The notes under the pieces were generated by a model. That model ran no database searches. It had not been told where the DNA came from and saw only the letters and a program-made list of their open reading frames with translations. Positions 27,331 through 40,650 of a stretch of 64,000 nt of DNA are shown piece by piece. Every line of letters starts with the position of its first letter. Position 1 is the first letter of the stretch. The stretch is from positions 18,664,963 to 18,728,962 of the forward strand of contig NC_069006.1 in NCBI RefSeq assembly GCF_001194135.2, in the 5' to 3' direction. A program made the translations under genes and the position numbers. The stretch comes from Octopus bimaculoides (taxonomy: Eukaryota).

Positions 27331-27798
27331 CACGCACACACATATACATACATCTCTCTCTCTTTCTCTCTCTTAATATATATATATATCTTTATCCTTG
27401 TCAATATGTGTGTGTGTGTACATACATATGTGCACATACAAACACACATATAGTCACACACACACATATTTATACACACATGTACATATATGTATTTATA
27501 TATATATATATACATATATACACACACACATATCGTGTATCTTATCAAGTTATTCTTTATATGCGCTAGTCATAAACTTGTGACCAAACTGGGGCACTAC
27601 CTTGGAGAGTTTAGATGATGAAATTTTCCCAGTACTACTTTAAGTATGATATTTATTCTATTGGTCTCTTTTTACTAAGCCACTAAGTTACAGGAATGTA
27701 AACAGATCAAAACAAGTTGTCAAGCAGCTAGAGAAAAATACAAACACAGGGATGTATGCATGTAAACATGGTTATATCCATATACACATGTGTGTGTG

Positions 27799-27843
<45 letters not shown>

Positions 27844-28334
27844 GCATATGCATATAAAGATATATACATATGCGCACAACTGGTTGCAAGGTAAACTTCT
27901 TAAACACAAAACTTTGCTCCTGTCTATCTATCTGTGTGTTTACATACATATATATATACATACACACTCACAATGGAAGCCCAATGATCATCTCAAGTAG
28001 TCTCTCATTTTATGCAGTGTTCCTCCCAGTTGGTTGGAGCCCTTGGGTGTTAATTGAGGGCATGGAGGTCTATGTGTAATGCTGGAATAGAATGAAGAGA
28101 AGAGGAGACATCATTATCAACCCCCTGCAGCTGGGGTTTCAGGGTCACTTTCAGCACCCTTAGTTTTATAGGATCTGCCTATCTCCTATCAGTCTTGTCA
28201 GCCACATCCACTTCCATGAGAAACAATGTGCTTGAAGTGGAGGCGGGTGAATGTCTTGGATCAATTTTGTCATCACATTTGATGTGCTGTTATAAGCAAG
28301 AAAAAGTAAGCAATAGGTCCAAGAACTACATCAT

Positions 28335-28630
28335 GCCAGTGCTGGTGCCATGTTAAAAGCATCCAGTCTGCACTGCGACATGGTTGGTGTTAGGAAGGGC
28401 ATCCAGCTGTAAAAATCATGCCAAAACTAACCTCACTTGTGCTAGTGCCACATAAAAAGCACTAAGTCCACTCTGTGGAGTGGTTGGTGCTAGGAAGGGC
28501 ATCCAGCCGTAAAATCCCTGCCAAAACAGACACAGCAGCCTAGGGTAGGTTTTCTACCTGGCCGACTCCTGTCAACTGTCCTACCCATGCATGCATGGAA
28601 GATGAACGTTAAACGATAATGATGATGACA
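28335..28630 (+). mobile_element. SINE family C with duplicated internal unit
   Basis: Two ggttggtgttaggaagggcatccagc units, then the GAT tail. Confidence 0.78.
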
Positions 28631-28809
28631 TATATACATATATACACACACACATATGTATGCACACACTTACACACACACACACATGCACACACACACA
28701 CACACACACATATAGGTGCAGGAGTGGCTGTGTGGTAAGTAGCTTGCATACCAACCACATGGTTCTAGGTTCAGTCCCACTGCGTGGCACCTTGGGCAAC
28801 AGTCTAGTC

Positions 28810-29727
28810 AATTTTAGTTCATTTTTGTTTATTTTCAGATCATTAATATAGAATGTCAAGTTAAGAAAAACAAGCATTTTCAACACCTCCTTTTTGCTTT
28901 TAATCAAGGTTCTAAGGCCACAAAAGCTGCTCGCGACATTTGTGCTAGTATGGAGAGGGTGCCATAGCTAAAAGAACCACTTGTGATTGGTATGCCAAGT
29001 TCAAAAATGGAAATTTTGACTTCAAAGATGCACCTCATTCTGGCCATCCAGTTGAGTTCAATGAAGAGTGGTTAAACTAACTTTTGCACGAAAATTCTTG
29101 TCAAATGACAAGGAAACTGGCAGAGAAAATGGAATGCTCCCACACTGCTATAGAGAAGCATCTTCACTCGATGAGAAAGGTTCAGAAGTATGGAGCATGG
29201 GTTCCACATGCTTCAAGTGACAACAACAAAAATCAATGAGCCACAATCTCCGCTGGTTTGCTTGCTCGTCACTGATCAATTCATGGACACGAGCTACGAT
29301 TTCTTTACCGAATCGTTACTAACGACGAAAAATGGTGCCTGTACATCAATATGAAGCAGCATAAGGAATGGCTTAGCCCCAGTAAACAAGCGACACCATG
29401 CGTGAAACAAGATCTTCATCTGTGTAAAACAATGTTGTTTGTATGGTGGGACTGGGAAGGGATTATCCATTATGAATTGCTTGAACAGAACCAAACGGTC
29501 AATGCGGAACTCTACGTTCAACAGATGGAATGACAACACGGCTATTCAAGAGAAAAGACCTAATCGTCAGCAGGGAGTTCTTCTGCTGCACGACAACGCC
29601 TACCCTCATATCGCCAATATGACCAAGGAACCCATTCAAACGCATAGCTGGGATGTGCTGCCACACCCACTGTACTCTCCTGATTTGGCACCAACAAATT
29701 TCCACTTCTTTCGATCTCTTTCCAATG
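28810..29727 (+). pseudogene. Mariner (DD34D) transposase pseudogene, nearly complete, 3' truncated by an RTE LINE
   Basis: ECQVKKNKHFQH...KFKNGNFDFKDAPHSG, IVTNDEKWCLY, WWDWEGIIHYELL, LLHDNAYPH, HPLYSPDLAPTNFHFFRSL. Confidence 0.93.
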
Positions 29728-31180
29728 CTAGAAAGAGGCTATTAAATGTAGGGAATTCATGGAGAGAAGAGAGTCTTCCTAGTGACGAGTCAACAGATGG
29801 ACCAGCTATCCTAGTTGACAGCTATGTATCATAAATAAACTAATTAAGGATATGAAGACAGAAAGCTCCTGATCCACCAGGAATTACCACTAAGATGCTT
29901 CAAATATTCAGTGGAGTAGCATACGGCCTAGCTACCCATATAATTGATCAGATTGTCGAAGAAGGTATCATACCCAACAATTGGAGTATAAACATTATTG
30001 TCAACTGATACAAAGGTAAAGGAGGTGTCTGAGACAAATGTAATTTGCAGAAGTATCAAATTGCTGCATCAGGTCATGAAAGTTAGAGAAAGGGTCATAG
30101 CTCAACTAATTAGGAAAAGAGTTAGCATAGATGATATGCATCTTGGTTTTGTGCCAAGGAGAAGCACAACTGATACAGCATTTAGCCAAAAATATACTGT
30201 TGTACCTGGCATTTGCCAATATGGATAAAGTCTTTGGAAGGGTGGTGATTACTGCAGAAACTAGAGGCTGGTGATAAATATCCATGCCATGTATATGAGT
30301 ATAGTAATGGAATTTGGTATGCAAATAGGAGTTCGCTATGGCTCGCTTCTCAACCCCCTCTTATTAATCATAATCCCCCAAGCCATAGTAGAAGAATTTA
30401 AAACTGGTTGCTAAAGGGACCTTGTTCTTATAGTTGAATCTATAGTAGAATCAGAGAAATTTCAGGTGTGGAAGCAAAGCTTGAAATCAAAGAGCCATAG
30501 AGTTAACTTAGCAAAGACCAAAGTCCTAGTAATCAGGAAAGCAGACAAATTACTTATCCCTTCAGGGAAATGACTACTCGGTATGAAGAAAAGTGCACTT
30601 AGAAATTCTATACAATGTATCCAGAAGTGGGCCAATGTGCCAGAAAAATAAACACTAATAAATAACACACAAGAAATAGATTTCCTCAAATGCCCAGGAG
30701 GATCCTTAGCAGCAGTGGCTTTTGTTAATTAGGTAACCTAATTAGTAGTGAAGGAGGGTGCTCTGAAAGCACAGTTGCTAGAATAAGAACCGGTTGGGCA
30801 AAGTTTAGAGAGTTATTATCTTTGTTGGTAACAAAAGGCCTCTACCTCAGGGTGAAAGGCAGATTGTATGATGCTTGTATATGAGCAGCTATGCTTCATG
30901 ATAGTGAAATATGGGCTGTGAATGTAAAGGCTTAAAAGAAGTGAAACTAGCATGCTCTGCTAGATGTGCAATGTCAGTTATGCATATATGACAAAGTGTA
31001 AGAGAAAAATTAGGTATAAGAGGTATCAGATGTGTGCAGGAGAGAAGACTATGCTGGTATAGTCAAGTGATGTGTATGGATGAGGACAGCTGCATGAAGA
31101 AGTGCTGATTGTTAAATGTGGATGGAACCTGAGGAAGAGGATGACCTAGGAAGATATGGGACAAAGGGGTGAAAAGTGGT
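29728..31180 (+). pseudogene. RTE-clade LINE reverse transcriptase relic
   Basis: YKGKGG...RSIKLLHQVMKVRERVI...GFVPRRSTTDTAF; GVRYGSLLNPLL; VNLAKTKVL; GWAKFRELL..L..KGRLYDAC. The YADD region is deleted. Confidence 0.88.
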
Positions 31181-32614
31181 CTTTAGATGCCAAGTCTCAC
31201 TGAGTCTCTCTCTTCTCCTCTCCCTTTTTCCAGCTGGGGTATCTATGTATCTCCTCTGCTGCAAGACACCTGTTTCTGTCTATCAATCACAGTGAGTCTT
31301 GACCGTTTTTTGACCATGAATCCCTTTGATTCCTATTTGATTCTACTCAACCTGTGCAGCCACTTGATGTAAAAAATCTCATATTTCTATAGTTAAATAT
31401 TTTTAGGAACTGTATTAAAAATATTGTTAAGATATTTTGTGTATTGTAGAAGTATAACCAATTTTATTGCAAGTAAATTTTAACAACAAAATCTATGAAC
31501 CCCCACAGGTCATACAGATCCTGGTTGAAAACCACTGCTCTATCATATTCTAACCTTTCATCAGCTGGCACAAAGCCATCTCCCTCAATACTATTCTCTC
31601 TTCAGTTGAGGGGTCTTGTATTCTTAAGTTATGTGGTTGTCTCACTGGTGCTGATGTCATGTAAAAAAAAACTCCCAGTACATTCTGTAAAGTGGTTGGT
31701 GTTAGGAAGGAAATCCAGCTGTAGAAACCATACCAAAGCAGACAGCAGAGTTAAGCACATTCTTCAGGCTCCTGTCAGGCCATCTAACCCAAGCCAGTAT
31801 GTAAAGCAGACATTAAATCATGATGATGATGATGATGATGATGATGATGTGTGTGTGTGTTAGCTCTCTATTTCCTTTTCTCTGTATCATTATTACAATT
31901 ATTGCAATTAATTTAAGCACAATGTTTAATTTTGTGGATGCAATTTCAAAATATGGTTATGCAAGGAGTATTAGCTTCAACATACATACATTCTCCCATA
32001 CATACATATATGTGCACATACATACAAACATACATACATCCTCTCATATACACACACACACACAGATATCCTATCATGCATACATACATACATACACACG
32101 CACATACATACATAGCACACGTACGTACATCCTATCATACATATATACACGCACACATACATACACACGCACACACATCTATCATAAATACATAAGCAAT
32201 TATGATAAACAGAAGTTTATATAGTTTGTTCACTGTTGTGATTGCTTAGAATGATGGCAGTGGATGTTCCAAGTTTAATTGAATCACAATGAATCACCAG
32301 GGGAACACTATTTTGTTACACATATGTTACAGAGATCAGATGCTTGAAGTTGGACAGATGGCAAGACTTTTTATAAGTGTGTTTAGAGGGAAGTAGCAAG
32401 TAAATGACATAGAGAAATTAGAAAGAGAAAAGGGGGAAGAAAATGAGAGAGGACAGGACTATAAAGGAACAGAGAAAAGAAAACTATAACAAACTATGGT
32501 AAAAGGATGAATTAGCGAAAAAAATCTATATACAGCTGTATCATGTTGAATGCACAAGTTCATGTTCAGTTACCCAAAGTTAAGCAAGATTAAGTCTAGG
32601 AAGCATTTTACATT

Positions 32615-32801
32615 GTGCAGGCATGGCTGTATGGTAAGGAGCTTGCTTCCCAACCACATGGTTCTGGGTTCAGTTCCAGTGTATGGCACCATGAGCAAGT
32701 GTCTTTTACAATATATAGCCTTGGGCTGACCAAAGTCTTGTGTGTGGATTTGGTAGAAACCTGAAAGAAACCTGTCGTATATACATGTGTGTGTGAGTGT
32801 T

Positions 32802-32842
<41 letters not shown>

Positions 32843-33040
32843 GTCTTGGTGTTTGTGTTTGTTCCCCACCACCACTTGACAACCGGTGTTAGTGTGTTTA
32901 CATCCCCACAGTAGTTCAGCAAAAGAGGCAGGTAGAGTAAGTACCAGACTTGGGACAATAAGTATTGAGCTTGATTCATTCAACTAGAAGTTCTTCAAGG
33001 CAGTGCCCCAGCACAGCTTCAGTCTAATGACTGAAACGTT
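32615..33040 (+). mobile_element. SINE family A, full length
   Basis: Head, (GT)n and tail all present. Confidence 0.85.
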
Positions 33041-34867
33041 ACTCTAGGGATTGAGAGGGATATACAATAGCAAGGTGAGAGAGAAAGAAAAGAAAATGTG
33101 GGAGAGAGAGAGGGAGAGGACCGAAATACTGAAGAACTTGAATGCTTTGCAACCTTTTTATAAAAAGAAATTAAGCGTTAAAGAGAGGGTTAGGGTTAGG
33201 GCAGATAAGGGCACCCATTTTCCATGATTGGAAAGTAAATTGGAAAATAAATGCAATCACAAATATACAAGAATGTAATGGCATGAGTGGGTCAGGACCT
33301 TACAGTTGGTGGAACCAACCCTTGAAAGACGCATAGACAGCACAGATACCAATATGTCAATTTATGTTTCAAATACAAAGACACATGTAGTAACATACAC
33401 ACACATTCCCATACATACATACATACATACATACGTACATACATACAGACATACATACGTATGAATGCATGCATGCAGACATACATACATACATACTTGC
33501 ATACACATAGGTACAGGCGTGACTGTGTGATAAGAAATTTGCTTCTCAACCATATGGTTCAAGGTTCAGTCCCACTGAGTGGAACCTTGGGCAAGTGTCC
33601 TTTACTATAGCTTTCTATAGTCTTGTGAGGGGGACTTGGTAGTTGAAAACTGAAAGAAGCCTATTGTGTGTGTGTGTGTGTGTGTTTGATCTTACCACTG
33701 CTTGTCCCATAAGTTAGCAGTTTGGCGAATGAATAAGTACCAAGCTTTAAAAAAGAAGTACAAGGGTTAAAGTGTTTGACTAAAATTCATTGAAGTGGTG
33801 CCCCAGCATGGCCTCAGTCTAATGACTGAAACAAGTAAAGGGATGCACATACATATTCATACATGTATAAATGTGTGTGTATGAATATGCATATATACCA
33901 GAATCTTACTCTTGTTTGATGCATTTATATATATATATATAACGTGAGAGAGTTAGGGGTTGGGGGTTCAACCCACTAAGGGATAGTATCTATACAGTAT
34001 ACTGCTGGGAGGGTACCCAATTATTGCTACACTAGTGCTATACTAGGTGCAATCAATGGGAGCGGGTAAAAGTGGAGGTTTTACCCAAAATTTGTGTAAC
34101 AATTAGAAAATGGAGGATAATATGCTGAACCCAACTACTTGCAGACGGTGTATTCCGTTGAATTCATTAATTTAATTCATAGCAAAAGTGACAAAAAAGG
34201 AAGAAAAGAAAAAAAGAAAGAACCAAAGCACAGGTGTCCATGGCAGACTATGTTATTTTGCCAACATGGTTTACATATAGAAGTACAAAGTACATAANNN
34301 NNNNNNNNNNNNNNNNNNNNNNNNNNNNNNNNNNNNNNNNNNNNNNNNNNNNNNNNNNNNNNNNNNNNNNNNNNNNNNNNNNNNNNNNNNNNNNNNNNNN
34401 NNNNNNNNNNNNNNNNNNNNNNNNNNNNNNNNNNNNNNNNNNNNNNNNNNNNNNNNNNNNNNNNNNNNNNNNNNNNNNNNNNNNNNNNNNNNNNNNNNNN
34501 NNNNNNNNNNNNNNNNNNNNNNNNNNNNNNNNNNNNNNNNNNNNNNNNNNNNNNNNNNNNNNNNNNNNNNNNNNNNNNNNNNNNNNNNNNNNNNNNNNNN
34601 NNNNNNNNNNNNNNNNNNNNNNNNNNNNNNNNNNNNNNNNNNNNNNNNNNNNNNNNNNNNNNNNNNNNNNNNNNNNNNNNNNNNNNNNNNNNNNNNNNNN
34701 NNNNNNNNNNNNNNNNNNNNNNNNNNNNNNNNNNNNNNNNNNNNNNNNNNNNNNNNNNNNNNNNNNNNNNNNNNNNNNNNNNNNNNNNNNNNNNNNTTTT
34801 CTTAGCTCTCCTGAAAAAAGAATTTCTAACTTCCGGTCAGCCATTGTTATGATCAGTCATTATTATG

Positions 34868-35053
34868 ATTGACCGTTGACTGAACACTATTCAATTTTTT
34901 TTCTCCATGTTTTTCTCCTTGTCTCCGTATTCTTTCTGTTGAAGAGCGTAGCTCGAAACGTCAAAGACTTTCCGTATTCCCGAGCGTCATACTAATACAT
35001 CCTTTTGTTATTTACACCACCTGTCCTCGTCTGTTGTTTTTTCGTATATTCTC

Positions 35054-35058
<5 letters not shown>
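34868..35058 (+). mobile_element. Penelope-like terminal repeat with variant hammerhead at 34931-34967
   Basis: tcttt-CTGTTGA-a-gagc gta gctc-GAAAC-GTC-aaaga: 5-bp stem I and GUC triplet. Ends in (TA)n. Confidence 0.72.
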
Positions 35059-35094
<36 letters not shown>

Positions 35095-35332
35095 CACACA
35101 CACATATATATATTTATAAGGAAAAAGGAAAAAGTTGACTGACTTCAAACTCAGTTTTCTTTGCTATTATCAGACAGTCTGATATTAGCATGAAAGCTGA
35201 AATTTCTAAGTTACTGTTAACCTTTCCCTTGTAAAATCAATAAACATCTACTCTACTATACAGTATTGAGTACTCCATATAGGTACTACATCTACCTGGA
35301 AGGCTACTTGTGGTGGATTAATAATTATTTAC

Positions 35333-35447
35333 CACTCAACTGTTCAGATTTTATAGGGTCCATGTTGTTACTCTTCTTGGGTGGTAGTCTTAATTCAACG
35401 TAGTCACTTAGTGCACTCTGTTGTAAATATTTTGGCAAGGCCTTTGT
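35333..35447 (-). CDS. Candidate exon, possibly containing the start codon (aacaacATGG; MDPIKSEQLS)
   Basis: ttcttag| ... AGTG|gtaaat, with one frame open throughout (TKALPKYLQQSALSDYVELRLPPKKSNNMDPIKSEQLS). Confidence 0.33.
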
Positions 35448-36864
35448 CTAAGAATCCCTTTTGAAATGTAGTTTAGTTTTCTGTTTTCCCCTTATCTTGT
35501 ATCAAAAACGCCACAATAAGGGTCATAGCTGTCTAAACCATAAAAAAAGAGAAAATCAGGACTAAGCATTGTCTTTTGTAAACACCTTGAACCTTTAACC
35601 CTTTAACATTCAGGTTATTCTACGAAAGGTAACCCTTATTTGTTCACATTGTTTTGAATTTATCCAACATTATCTTGTAGCCTCATGATTTTGATTATGC
35701 AACTGTATTTTTTTGAAGCCTCTGGCCAGTTTGAACTTAAAACAGGTAGAATATTTTGGCTGGATATGTCTAGTTTAAATGCTAAAGGGTTAAGAGATTT
35801 TTATTTTACTTTATTTTATTAATTATTTTCTTTTACAATTTATAAATATAAAGACTGGCAAGATTTCAGAATTAGAAGGTTAAGGAGAAGAATAAGACAT
35901 TTACAGAGAGCTATGACCTTGACTAACTTTGGCAAGGTGAAAAAGCATAGCGCCAAGAGGCAAAAATAATGAGAAATTAAGTGAGATTTCAGTGCTAATT
36001 ATAGGTAGTTTTTGATTAATGTAGCTTAGTTTCCCTAATTTTCTTCAGAACTAGATATATCTGCAAGTAGGGTTGTAGTTTTCAAATTTCATTTTAAATA
36101 TAGTGCAATTTACTTTGTGAATTTATGAAAATGTATCACTTTAAGACAACACATCATCATAGATGAAGATAAATCAAATAAGAAAACTTTAAAAGCAGTC
36201 AATTGCACACACACACAAATATTCCTTTTCTTTAGAATGAAGAAATGAAAACAAGAAATAGGTGTGTTCTTTTTTTTAAATGAAGACAAAAGAAATAAAT
36301 ATGTATTATATATACATGTGCATGTATGTATGTTTGTGTGTGCGTGCATATATATATATATATATATATTTCTTTAAAAGGAAAACAATAGATATATATG
36401 TGTGTGTATCTCCATAAGTGAAGTGTGGATCAGTTAGTTTGCACTGACATTGGAGTTGTATAAGTTGTAACAATGAAGTGAAATCAAATACTGATATTTT
36501 GAAATCATTTAATTCATATGTTTCAGGTTTGTGTAATATATGATAGGAAGTGCTTCCGTTATGTAAACCTTTCCCAGTTAAAACATTTCAAAATGCATGT
36601 GTGTATGTGTGCCACAGAAATGACCTCTCCCTGACCTTTGAAGGAGAATGCTGAAAGTGTTGGCTGCCTGGTTAAGAATGATGAAGACAATGTTGACCTA
36701 GGTATTGTTCAAACAGACATTAGAACAACAGATGTGGCATATGGTTGGAGATAAAAGGAGAATATGGCAAAGACAGAAGCAGATTGTTTTCTATTCATTG
36801 AATGCTTTGAAAAGTTTCAGCCAAACAGGAACTGTAGCAACAACAACAGCTAAAAAATAGTAAT

Positions 36865-37470
36865 AGTGGTTTGAAATTTTGGCACGGGGCCACCAGGTTT
36901 TGATGGGAGGGTAAGTCAATTACATTACCCCAATTATTTTATCGACCCTGAAGGGATGAAAGTCAGAGTCAACCTCAGTAGAATTTGAACTTAGAACAAA
37001 ATGGAAATATTTTGAAATAAAGATGGATGAAATCCCACTAAGCATTTTGTCCGGTGTGCTAACAATTCCGATACCTCACAACCTTAACAAATAAGGTATA
37101 GTCAATTATATCAACCCCAATACTCAACTGGTACTTACTTTATCGACCCTGAAAGGATGAAAGGCAAAGTTGACTTCAGCAGAATTTGAACTCAGAATGT
37201 GAAGATGGACGAAATACTGCTAAGCATTTTGCCTGGCGTGCTAACGTTTCTGCCAGCTCACCACCTTAAAATAATAATAATAATCCTTTCTACTGAAGGC
37301 ACAAAGTTTTGTGGGGAGGGGACTAGTCGATTGCATTGACCCCACTGTTTGACTGGTACTTAATTTATTGACCCTTTCAGGATGAAAAATAAAGTTGACC
37401 TCAATGGAATTTGAATTCAGAATGTAGCGACAGACAAAATACCACAAAGCATTACGCAATGCATGCTAAC
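36865..37470 (-). mobile_element. Tandem head-to-tail trimer of SINE B
   Basis: Copies at about 36865-37085, 37095-37270 and 37283-37470, with an (AAT)n linker before the last. Confidence 0.8.
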
Positions 37471-38744
37471 AATTCCTCCAGTTATCTGGGTTATTATAAT
37501 AATAAGAGGAAAAAAAAGAAAAAGAAGAAGAAGAAATGATAATAATAATAATAATAATAAAATGACTACAACAACAGATCTTTCAGATTCAAAAGAAACT
37601 TCTATATTTGTTCCTGAAGTTTCTTATTGTGGTAGTTGTATCTCCTTCAGAGTGACCTCAACATGGCCACTCAACTTGCTAAAAGCAGCAGCCAAATTTT
37701 CCTAGTCCAGAGTAGTTTGCTATATTAGAATAAAAGATGAGGTGAGCATGCTTGAGATGCTTTGGAGTATAGATCTTACTCAATGCAGTACTGACTTAGA
37801 GCCAAAAAAAGAAGCAACTTCCATGCTCCATGTACAACAGTGACTAAAATCACAGTACTAAATTCCTATCTTGGTATACAACCTAACCAATGTGGAGATG
37901 AGCAGACAACAGTATGATGAGAAGCAGGGTTTGTGGTGGTCAGGGCCTCTTGTCTAAGCACAAAAATTTCACCTGCATTTGAATTTGAAAACTGTCCACT
38001 TAAGTCCTTTAAAATTCATTTGATTAAGAAAAAGCAAAAAATGTCCAACAATTTAAATTTTAAGACTGGAACAAGAATTTAACCATTTAGCATTTAAATT
38101 AGTCATATCTAGTCCAATATTCTACCTGTTTTATGTTCAAACTGGCCAGATCCAGCTTCTTACATCTACCCTACAATGTCATTTTAGAAATGTATGATTA
38201 ATTTTTTAAAAATGTGATTAAGGAAGCATAACATTAAGGGATTAATATTAGTTACAGATCTATGAATTTTTTACCATATGTATTCCTGTTTTAGAAGAGA
38301 TCAACAGCATTGCTATATATTGAAAGAGATAGTTAAAATGATTTGTGGCAAGAAGGGCTTCCAGCTGTAAAACACTACCTCAGAAAAACCATCCAACCTA
38401 TACCAGCAATTAAAATAAAAGACAAAATGCTACTACTGCTGCTGCTGATGATGATGACATTAATGAATTTGAAAAAATTTACAGATTCTTTACTTTTCTC
38501 AGAATGGATGCAGTCCTGGCAAGTCCTTATCTAATTGCATTTCAATCTCTGGTACTTACTAATGAGTGAGGTCCCTGATTTTTAAAAATCTCCCTCAAAT
38601 CCATAACAATTTCCCCCGCCCACCACTATTCCTGATACAGTGAAGGATTAGAGCTTAGTTGTTGTACTGATTGAAGTATATTATAACATATACTCTGTCA
38701 CCAGCAGCTACTGATCTCCAGCCATTTACAGGAATGAAGAACAT

Positions 38745-39185
38745 AACGTAGTTTCTATTGGGTCACCCTATATGCTAGAAATAATTACTAAATCTCCCTC
38801 AAACCAAACACCTCTTCTATCTTATGGAAAGGGGTGGAAACATTAGATAATACAGTATTAAATACATCTAAAAAGACAAGATGGTCATGCTTGGAAATAC
38901 TTTAATCAGAGGTTTATGTCATCAGGCTTTACCTAGGGTTAAACAACAACAGAAATTAGAGACCTGCTACATGGTTGTTTGACCTACTGAAAATAGCACC
39001 CAAATAAATCACCCTCAAATAATTTTCTACTGTCTTAAAAATGGATGTACTGGTTGATGTAGTCTGGGGTAGGACATTGCCAAAAATACAATAATAGGAT
39101 GGATAGTCATGGCTAGAATGTCTTTGCTCATAGGTCTGCTTGATCACGGCTGATCTGTGTTTGAGCAACAATAACATCAACAACA
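38745..39185 (+). mobile_element. Tandem pair of SINE family E (ctagaaatagcagccaaatctccctcaaa...aaacaacaacaac tail)
   Basis: The same body occurs at 51720, 55130, 55920, 56090, 58540 and 61520. Confidence 0.65.
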
Positions 39186-40442
39186 GGAACCAAAGTAGAG
39201 GTTAGAAGAAACCTATGAGTCTGGGTCCAAGATGGCTTACTCTTTTCTAGTTCACCACCTTACTCAGATTACAAAATCCCTGTTGGAAAAGATCATGGGA
39301 TTCCAATAGAGCATGGACTTCAGTTTGCTCTGTCAACTGAAGCCATAAAACAAAAAGACTCTTAGTATTATAATTTATGTCTTCTGTTTCAAAAGATTTG
39401 ACTGTCGGCAACTGTGTTGTAAAGTTGTTTGAGCAAAACTAATCAATAACCACAACAGGAACAAAAGCAAGTTCAAGAACAAAAATATTTGAAAGTCAAA
39501 TAAAGACAGCTTTTTTTTTCTTTTTTCTTTCAAAACTGAGTTTGCATTTTCTTCATTTCACACAAATTTTGAACTTAACTCAAAATATAGTTTTGTTTTT
39601 TATATTTTTATATTCAAGGTAGTACAAAGTCATTTTCTATTTTAGATTTCACAACTCCCGATTTTTTTTTTCTTTTTTTTTTGTGTGGATTACCTTAAAC
39701 AAAATATTCACATAAACAAACCTCAAACATTCAAAAACCAAAGAATAATCTCTGACAATAAATTAGAGAGAATTGGAGCTAAAATAAACTGAGCTGTTAC
39801 AGAATACAGTATAGTAAGGGTTTGATTCTGCAAGTCTGAAAATGGAAGGCATCTGTAGGATTTACTTACTATAAGTAGTTCAAAGAAATGTTTAAGGTTC
39901 AAAATAGAAAATATCTAAAGAGAAAATTTATTTGACCTTTTCATGAAAAAAAGTCATTTAAATTTTAAAATGGAAAATGATTTTCAAACCACCCTATAAA
40001 AGATATATATATATATATATACATTTCAATCAATTCTAAATTTTTCATGCAGGTTTACATTTTTCTTTTAACCCTTTTAAACCAATCCACCTAAGACTGC
40101 CCCAATCTCTATGATACAAACTCTTAGTTTTAAAGTGATCTACATTAAAATCTTCCATCAAAATTTCATATCAAGTTTTATTCCAAGTACCACTTTAAGC
40201 ATGGCAAAGTTATTTTACTAAATTCTTTACTATTTTCAAAATTAATTGAAACAAAGGCAGTGTAATGCAACAGAAATATGATAACAAAAGGCTTATGTGA
40301 ATTCTTCAATATGCTCTTTATGGTCACTCATTTTATCAGTCTTCTTCACTAAATTATTTCTCTGACTTCAATGAATTCTCCCTTTCTCAAATCATTTCCA
40401 GTCAATTCTTTTCTCTTTTTCCATATTTAGACAAGTCTCCTC

Positions 40443-40650
40443 TCAAGTCTTAACCAATTCTGTTCAGTCTTTAACTGATTCTCTTCAGTCATCAATTAAA
40501 TGCATTCAGTCTGACCAATTTTATTTAGTTTTTAACATGTTCTATTCAGTCTTTAACCAACTCTCTTCAGTCCTTAACCGATTATCTTCAGTCTTTAACC
40601 AATTCTCTTCAGTTTTTAACAAATTGTTTTCAGTCATTAATTAATTCTAG
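40443..40650. repeat. 21-bp minisatellite (aaccaattctcttcagtcttt), about 10 degenerate copies
   Basis: Period 21 is directly visible; one unit is 20 bp. Confidence 0.85.

Noticed and set aside
33187-33202. TTAGGG-like units
   Set aside because: Only two copies; not an interstitial telomeric array.
40443-40650. CRISPR-like periodicity
   Set aside because: The repeats are contiguous with no unique spacers, and the context is eukaryotic.
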